NCBI GenBank assembly: GCA_002104945.1
Contig: MCFH01000024.1
Coordinates: 687,209 to 751,208, forward strand
Direction of reading: 5' to 3'
Source of the DNA: Piromyces finnis finn
Lineage: Eukaryota; Fungi; Neocallimastigomycota
Length of the DNA stretch: 64,000 nucleotides
Below are positions 55,071-64,000 of the stretch, piece after piece. The notes beneath the pieces are model-generated. The model searched no databases. It saw nothing but the letters and a program-made list of their open reading frames with translations, and had not been told where the DNA came from. Position 1 is the first letter of the stretch. Every line of letters begins with the position of its first letter. Position numbers and translations under genes: made by a program.

Positions 55071-56576
55071 ATGGTTAAAACATTACCACCATTAAATCCA
55101 ATAGTAATTATAAGTTTTTATTTTATTCTTGTACTAGTTGGTTCAATTCTCCGTAAGTATTATTTCGAAGAAATCTCAGAAAATACATATGGTACCTATA
55201 CAAAGAAGAAAAGTGTAATAAATCAATATTTTGCCAAATTAGGTTGGGTAAGTTTATAACCCATTTAGTAACTATGAAATGTTTTTTTTTATTTATATTT
55301 ATACATTTATATATACATATATAAATGTGAGGAAAATTAAATAGAATCTTGATAGAAATCACTTAATTTTTAAATATATTTTAATAATAAATAAACTTGA
55401 AACCCATATAATTAAACATTAGAAAATATCAATAAAAAAAAAATAATAAAAAGTTACAAAGAAAATACAAATCAACAAGAAAATAAATATTATTAATAAA
55501 AGTTGTCATTAACAATATATAATTTATACAATTTAAATTATTTATAATAAAAATTTCTATATAATAAAAAACAGTGTTTTATATTAATACAGTAATAGTA
55601 ACTAATGTTGGATTATTATAATATAATAATTTTTACTTTAATATATAATTCCAATTTGATTTACTCTTATTATTACTCTTTTATAGTTATGTTTAATGCA
55701 TTTTATAATTATAAATATTAATTCCATTTATTTTATATACTTTTAATACTTCTACATAATACATTAATAAATTATTTTTTAACAATACCAATATAATAAT
55801 ACTTCTACATAATACATTAATAAATTATTTTTTAACAATACCAATATAATAAAACACTTTTTATTTAACCATTCTATTTTATTTAATCATAATCAATACT
55901 CTTAATTTAATAAATTTAAAATGAATAATTTTTCAATAATTAATGCTGTAATATTGGATAATAATAGGCATGGACCACCCTTGTTATTTTCATATTTTAT
56001 CTTTTTTCAGGAAAGACCAAGAAAAGTAAAATATATTCTTTAATACGTTATATTATTGCTTCCTTATATTGGTTTATTCTTTGTAAATGGGCTTTTGGTC
56101 CAGGTATTTTCAATCGTATTCAACTTCAATATGGTAAATGTGAAGTTTCAAATAAAAATGGTGAAGAGAATACCTTTGTTTCTGCTACATCAATCAGTTG
56201 TCATAGAGTTCATAAGGGACATTGGATTGGTTTTGATGTGTCTGGACATGTATTTCTTCTTGTCCATTCTTCCCTTTTCCTTTTAGAAGAAATCTGGCCA
56301 ATTCTTAGAAAGCAAGCTAGTTACCTTTTAGATAAAAACACTTTACCTGAAAAGAAACAAAGAGCAAGAAAAACTTGTTGTGCTTGTATTCTCTGTTTAA
56401 TCATTGTTTTCCTCTGGTTTTACACTCTCTGTATTACTACTACTCATTACCATCATTTCCGTGAAAAAATATTTGGCTTTTTATTCCCAGCATTATATTG
56501 GTTCATTGGTTACCAATTCTTTTTCCCAAGATATCTTCCAGTTGAAACTAAAGAAATAGTAAAAAAGGCAGAATAA
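55071..56576 (+). CDS. SCS3: FIT family (FIT2/Scs3/Yft2) ER acyl-CoA diphosphatase / lipid-droplet protein, two exons
   Basis: 'NQYFAKLGW|AWTT' (intron 55248-55967), '[21 protein letters not shown]', '[14 protein letters not shown]'. Both catalytic-type His motifs are present. Confidence 0.9.
55745..55850. repeat. Perfect 53-bp tandem duplication inside the FIT gene intron
   Basis: aatacttctacataatacattaataaattattttttaacaataccaatataat occurs at 55745-55797 and again at 55798-55850. Confidence 0.95.
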
Positions 56577-59500
56577 GTTAAAATTAAAAGAAATATGAAA
56601 TAAAAAAAAAGTAGATAATTTTATAACAGATGAAAATTAGCATAAATAATAATATATATAAAACAAATTCATATTTATTAATAATAAAAATAACAAAATA
56701 ACATCAATAATAATAATACTATTGGAAAATATTCCAAATAGAATTTAGTTTTAACCAAGATTTTTTTTTTTTTAGTATTAAATTATAGTTATAAAAAATA
56801 TAATATATATAAAGATAATTTATATCATTATATATACGTACACAACACAGTACGTCCTACTTTATTATAAATATTTAAATCCCTTTTTCAAATTTTAGGA
56901 ATGCTTAAAACATAATAATAATAAAAAAAAATATTATATAAAATAATACATTTATAGCATTTAAATAATTATAGAAATCTTTGTTTTTTTTTATATACAG
57001 AAAATTAAAAATTTAAAGAAAACAATAATCTGTATGTACAAAAAAATACATACATAATAATACATTTATATTACAATTTAAAAATTTGATTTAATCAAAT
57101 ATACAATTTTATAATATTTTAAATTTAAAACTAATCTTACTATAAAAGGAAAGAGTTTAAATTAGTTTTCTGTATTTTTTTTTTATAAAGAAGCATAAAT
57201 CTTATGTATTACCATTTTATACTATTTTATTATGAAAAAAAGAAAAGAAATTAATAATAATATCAACAATAAGTATAATAACTATAGTAATACATTTATA
57301 TAACAAATTAGATAAAGTATAATGTCAATTTTATATTCTGAATACAAAAAAAAGTATAAACATTTTATTTAATATATTATTTATTATAGAATATTGATTT
57401 GAGAAAAATTAATATCAGTTTTTTAAGTATTTCCAAAAAATTTTTAAAAGTAATATGAATGATTGAAATAACTAAATACTATTGACCATATTCAATTATA
57501 AATATTAATATCAATAGAAAGAGAAAAGTTAAACCTATACATGTATTTGGTAAAGAATCAAATACTATCATCAAAATTTTAAAGGTAATAAATAATAAGG
57601 CTACTTTTAATAATACCTTTTTTAGCTATGGATATTCCATTTTAATATCGTAAAAGGATTAGTACTTAATTATATATATTATAATAAATTCTATTATGTA
57701 AAACCTAATTTAATTTTTATTTATGGCTTATGAATTATCATCTATTTTATAATAATAATAAATAAAGTAACAACTTTAATTGACTTTAAAAGCACTCAAA
57801 CATTATTATTACTAATATAGTAATAATATATTATATAATTAAAAGTTTTATTAGAGTAATATATTTTTTGATTTAAATATAAGTAATATACAAAAAATAA
57901 ATTAAATTTTTTATATAGAATAAAGATAGAAACTTTATTATATATAAAATTAATTATTATTTATTATAATTTAATAGATAATTAATTCAAAACAATTTAA
58001 TATAGAATGGTGGTATATGTAACATTCTTTTAAAAAATCCACCTTTTTAATAAATTTAATGTAGTGTCACATAGTAGTGTTAATTCATTAAAATATAATA
58101 AAATTTTATAATATGTCTATTATTCTATTTTAATTGTATTTAATGTACTTATATATATTACATTAATGTATTCAATGATATATAAAAATAAGAATATTCT
58201 TTATAGAAAAAATTAGATTAAATAAAAGTTCTATTAGTTATTGATTTATAGGAGATTGTTATCACAAAAAGAAAAATGTTAAAAATGTTAGTAGAAAATG
58301 TAATATTTTATGCGTAGAATATTTATGGACAATTTAAACAAATCATGGTATTATCAATAGGTAGAGAAAATATGCTTTTTTTAAATTATTTCATTTCATA
58401 TTCGAAAAAAAAATAGAAATACTTTCTTAATCCTTGACTATTTTATTACTATTTGGAAAAAGTTAAAATGAATTATAGTATATTAAATATGTTTTATATA
58501 TTTATTTTTGCTTTATTAAATAAACATCTATTATTACATATATTCTATTATATATATCATTTTTTATGAAAATAACTATAGTAACATTTGTTTGTATGGT
58601 GTTCTATTAAATCTATATTTATTATGATAAAATATAATCTAAATTTATATACATTGTTAATGACAGGCATTTGTTTTATTATATCCACATTTATTATCTT
58701 AACAACTGCAACAACACATTATCGTATATATAAATAAACCTCAATATTCAAATTTTTTTTTAAAATGAGAAAATATTACTTAATATATTATTTATATAAA
58801 CTAATATATTTGTAAAAGTAAAATAATATAAAAGTAATTATAAACGATATTTTTAGTTTTTTTGGCTATATTAAAATTTGTTTTTAATTATATCATCTAA
58901 CCACATTCAATAATCAATACTATACTTTTTAAGCTTTTGTGTCATATATTAATTCATCACCAGTTTTAATGAATAAATTATTATTGAATGGTATTACAAA
59001 TATTAAAATATTTATTGATTACTAGTTCTATATAATAATATATATTATTTAAATATTTATAATATAATTACATATATTAATATTTTATATACTTATCAAT
59101 TAATATAAATTTTATTATTAATAATTCCATTTATTCTATTTTTTATCATTCAACTAACATTTTATAATAAATTAAAATATGTTATATTATTGTCATATAT
59201 TTTAATTTATTTAATATAAAATAATATATTGTATTCAAAAATATATTAAAATATAAATTAATAATATAAATATATATAACATATACAATAAAATAAATTA
59301 AAACATATATTAATATATTGTTAGAATTAGAATATTTATATTAACTTTTAAAATCGAAATTATAATAAATAAAGTTAATTTTTTTAATTATTAATTTGTA
59401 ATGAATAGGATTAATCTATTATTTAAAATATTTTTAATATTCATCTTACCTATACGACCCACCATTTAATAATTATATAAAAAAATAAAAAGTTTTTTAT

Positions 59501-61005
59501 TCTTTTTCTTTTTTTTTTTTTCCTTTGAAATTATTGTTGTTATTTATATTTATTTATATATAGTATTTAAGAAAACTTAAAACAAAAAAAAACAACAAAA
59601 AAAAAAAAAAAAACATATTAAAAAAAAAAAGAAAAGATTAAAGCAACTTATTAAATGATTATAATGTTTGATTGATTATTATAATTAATCTTTTCTTCTT
59701 TTTTTTTTACTTTTTTTTATGGAAAAGTTAATAAATTTAATATTTAAAATATATATATATAAAGAAAAACAAAACAAAATTATTATAGATAGCATATTTT
59801 AAGAAAATATATATCATTTTTGTAAAGAAATATTCTTAATTTATATAAATAAACCGAAAATCTATATAAGAAAAAAAAAACTAATATAAATAGAAATAAT
59901 ATATATTTGAAATATATAAAACAGTAATTTATTTGTATTAGTAAATATAAAACAAAATTAAAAACACTATTAATAACAACACAAAAATTCAATATATAAG
60001 TATATATTACTATCCATTCTGATAAATAAGTTAGCTGTCAAATTTAAATACTATTTATTTATAAGTTGAAAATATAAAACAAACTATTTATTTATTTATT
60101 TAAAATTATCACCATATCACACACTATTTATTATTTATTTATAATTACTATAGTATTTAATATTTATTAATTCTAATACCGATTCATCCTTAATAGTAAT
60201 AAGAAAATAAAAAAAAAACTAAATTATCTTTTTTGTATTTATTCAATTTTTAGTTTTTTTTTAAATTCACAAAAGACCTTTTGTTTATAAATTATTTATA
60301 TATTTACCTTTAATAGAAAAATCTTTCCTATTTTGTAAAAAGTAAATATAAAGTTTATTATATTTATTATCTATAAAGTAAATATTATATGGTTAAGAAT
60401 TAAATATATATATAAATAAAGTAGTAAGATAAAAAAATACCTAAACATAAAATAAATAAAATCAAATTATAGCGATAAAATTATAGTGATAAATTTTAAA
60501 ATAAAAGAAAGTAATATATATTAAAATAAAAAAAAATAAAAAAATAAAAAATCATTTCAAAGAATAAGAAAAAAAAAAAAGAAAATAACAAATATTAAAT
60601 TCATTTAATCAAAATATAATTTAAATAAGCAATATTGTTATTTAGTTATATAATTAATAGATATAAAATAAGTTAAATATAAATAATTAAAATAGTTTTA
60701 TTTTATTATTTTAATATATATAGATATTTCCTTTAAAAAAGATTTCTAAAGAAATATCAATATTAAACTTAAAAATTCATTATTAACAATATAACAATAT
60801 AATTAAAACCAAAAGTTTATTAAATATATCTTTGCTAGCATTGATAATATTTTAAAGGTTTTATAAAAAGTATATAAATCACTACACGATAATATAAGAC
60901 TTAATTAAGAGTAAGTTTTGTTTTAATATAAATACCAGAATAAATTGGAAGATTATATTAACATAGTTCAAATTTATTATATTAGCAATTATAAATTATA
61001 ATAAA

Positions 61006-64000
61006 ATGAAGAGACAAACAGCTTCACAGTCAAGAGGTAATGTTCCTCCAAGAATTAACACTCCAAATAATCAAGAATTTATTCAAGATTATTTCAGTGG
61101 TCATCATCAACAATCTCCATTTTCTCCAAGTAAAGGTGTAGATAATATGTATAATAGTATGTATTATCCAAATAATCAAATGGTACCACAGAATAATGGA
61201 CCAATGTACAATACAGCTACTGATACAATTGAAAATTATGAATTAAATGATAATACTAACAGTAAGCAAAAATGGGAAATATCTCGTGGTATGACAACAC
61301 CTACTACTCCAATTCATCCTACCAATGAAATGAATCAATTCAGTATTCCTGTTCCATTCCGTAATGGTTATGAAATGTATGGAGACCATCAACAGCCATT
61401 ATTGTCTCCTACTCCATATATACGTACAAATGGCCCATTCATGAATGGAGGTAATCGTGGTAATGAAGAAATGATGGTAGGAATGAATCCTGTAATGAAA
61501 GATCAAAACAATAATTTATTAAGTCCTGTAGCAATGGAAAATACAGGAGGTGCTCAAAATAATAAAAAGGCAAATTTATATAAAACTGAACTTTGTCGTT
61601 CCTATGAAGAAACTGGTCAATGTCGTTATGGTTCAAAATGTCAATTTGCTCACTCTGAAAGTGAACTACGTCACGTAGATCGTCATCCAAAATATAAAAC
61701 AGAAATGTGTAAAACATTCTGGGAACAAGGTACCTGTCCATATGGTAAGCGTTGTTGTTTTATTCATACACGTCGTGATTTATCTAAGAAAGAAGACACT
61801 CAAACTCCAACCACTCCCTCTAAAAATAATGTTAAGAAATCTTTCCAGGATATTAGTACCGTAAATAAGAAGAAGGAAAATTCTACTGATAGTACTAATT
61901 TATCAGAAGGTGAAACTATAGCAATTACTAATGAAGAAGGTGAAGTAACCAATAATAGCCGTAGTCGTAGTGGAAGTGACAGTGTTACAGCTACTAGTAT
62001 TACTGAAGAAATTATTTCGAATGATGAACCAGAAGAAAAGAACGAAGTTGATAACAAAAAGATTGAAGAAAGTAAAGAAAAATCAAAATCAGAAAAGGAG
62101 GAATCAAAAAATATTACTAAATATACTGAAAAGGAAAAAACTGTTACTCCATCAATTTCCGTTCCAATTAAGACAAATAATAAAACTAATTTTTCAAAGG
62201 GTATATCATCTTCTTTTGAACCAATGGCGAAAACTCCAACAAGCCAAGCATTCAATTATTCTACCTCTTTTGGTGGTTCAATAAACATGGTGGGAAATCC
62301 ATTAAATACTGGTTTTGTTCCTCGTCGTAAGATGAGTTCACCTCCACAACGTCAAAATCCAAGAGGAAAATAATACCGCTATAAATTTAAATATTGATAG
62401 TAATAATAATTATAATAATGTTTTAGGTATGAATTCAATGGCTTTTAACCCAACATCACCATTAGATACTGAATTAATGTTGAATAATAACTATGGTGAA
62501 GTCAATGGGAAAATTATAAATAAGCATGGTATGAGTACTTCTTTACCTGCTAATGATATTCTTGATGAAAAGATGATGTATAAGTTACAGAATTTACATA
62601 TCCAAACTGCTCCAAATAATCAACGTGCTAATCAAAATAATCAAAGTATGATGAGTCCATTATCATCTTCTTTTAATCAAAATAATATCTTTATGAAACA
62701 GCCATTAAACGTTAACACTTCTCAAATTAGTTCAAATCTTTTCTTAAATCAATCAACGGCTGCAGCTTCTCCATTTACTCCGGGAACTCCAAGTTTATTC
62801 CTTAGTCCAAAACAACCACATATGGGTTTGCCATCTATTCCTATTATAGATGATGAAGCTTCAAGTTTCAAAGGACCAGGATCGGTTTCTGGAAAAGATA
62901 GTGATTTTGGAGATGATACTTTATCTAATGCCACTGAAGAACTAATCAATACTCCATCTACTCCAAGTAACAATCTATTTGCTAAGCAAGCTATTAATAC
63001 ACAAAAAATTAGTACACCTCATTCGTTTTTAAAGGGTTTCTCAAAAAGCATCAACTCCAAAGAATAATTCATCATTCCTTCCATCAACTCCACAATCTAT
63101 TTCTTAATGGTTTTTTAAATAATAGTGTTTCCCCATTACAATCAAGAATGGGTTCCTCTTTACCAAATACTCCAAATCATCCAAATAGCTTCAATCCATC
63201 TGCAATTGATGAAATCTTTAGCGGTAATAATAATATTATTAATGATTTCAAGTTAGAACAACTAGTTCAGGAATAAATGTTGCTGCATCCCCATTTTCTC
63301 ATACCAATGATCTTTCACAATACATGATGCAAATGTCATCAGCTCGTGAAAATAGTAATAATCTTCAATCACTTGAAAATAAAAAAGTCCATCTCAATTA
63401 TTTTATAGACCTTCTACTGGTAATATTAGTGCAATTAACACAACCCCAAGTATGAAATAATGGAGGTTTTGGTAGTATGAATATGGGAGGTATTAATATG
63501 GTAAAAAATAGATCTGAAAGTTTTGATTATGGCATGTTAAGTCCAAACGGTATGAATTCATTTTTAAGTGCATGCAATCCTGTTTCTTCACCAAATGCTA
63601 CTTATAATAATTCAATGGCTTCTTCATTTAATAATTCATTCCTTAATAATAAAGTAAGATCTGAAAGTGTTGACTTTGGACAATTAGGAAACTTTACGAA
63701 AGATAATATGGTAGGTTCAATGCCAACATTTTCATTTTTACAATCTATAAATGAAAGTGTTCCAGATTCTCCATTCTCTAATAATGGTTCTATACAAGGA
63801 TCTCCACTTCCGTCATCTACTACTACATTAAATGACATGACTAATGGTATGAATGACTTTATTAATGCAGGAAGACGTAAGAGTTTCCCAGAATCTTCAT
63901 TAATGCCAAATCGTTTACCAACTGTACCAGAAGGTAGACATCCAAATATTGTTGAAGAAGAACGTCTTTTCAGTAATAATAATCTTACAGATGAAAGGTA
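61006..64000 (+). CDS. Tristetraprolin/Cth1-Cth2/Zfs1-family tandem CCCH zinc-finger mRNA-decay protein; 3'-incomplete; distal part frameshifted
   Basis: '[64 protein letters not shown]' has two C-x8-C-x5-C-x3-H fingers with YKTEL/M lead-ins. Coding-like N/S/P-rich sequence continues to the window end through several frame switches. Confidence 0.93.

Noticed and set aside
59783-59992. 69-aa hydrophobic ORF, and similar short ORFs at 767-949, 1661-1912, 1799-2077 and 51978-52163 as annotated
   Set aside because: F/I/Y/L-rich translations of AT-rich non-coding or intron DNA, or partial or antisense overlaps with real exons.
56600-61000. Long intergenic stretches (also 6400-9000 and 28000-31400)
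   Set aside because: Read on both strands: poly-A/T and simple AT sequence with no recognisable coding remnants, RNA-gene motifs or repeat arrays. No CRISPR, tRNA or rRNA found anywhere in the window.

Overview
Extremely AT-rich (roughly 80% A+T by eye), intron-rich eukaryotic DNA. Composition and gene content point to an anaerobic gut fungus (Neocallimastigomycota); this is an inference. Stitching exons by hand gives 12 protein-coding genes, in order: a LAM/Sip3-type BAR-PH-GRAM-VASt lipid-transfer protein (-), a USP12/46-type deubiquitinase (+), LSM12 (-, two single-base frameshifts), YAF9 (-), XPF/RAD1 (-), a small CENP-Q-like protein (+), a Ras-like pseudoGTPase/RasGEF fusion (-), two tandem diaphanous-related formins (+), a disordered Ser/Pro-rich protein with RxL motifs (-), a FIT/Scs3 protein (+), and a TTP/Cth-family tandem CCCH protein (+) that runs off the window. 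There is also a decayed Ty1/copia relic and several microsatellites. The most unusual feature is formin 1. It carries a 3,525-bp, intron-free, phase-1/1 exon encoding about 25 degenerate 35-41 aa helix + beta-hairpin (winged-helix-wing-like) repeats between FH3 and FH1, plus an insertion of about 130 aa inside FH2. The adjacent paralog has neither. Homopolymer frameshifts in LSM12 and the CCCH gene suggest uncorrected long-read indel errors. Exon boundaries were read manually and could be off by a few bases.
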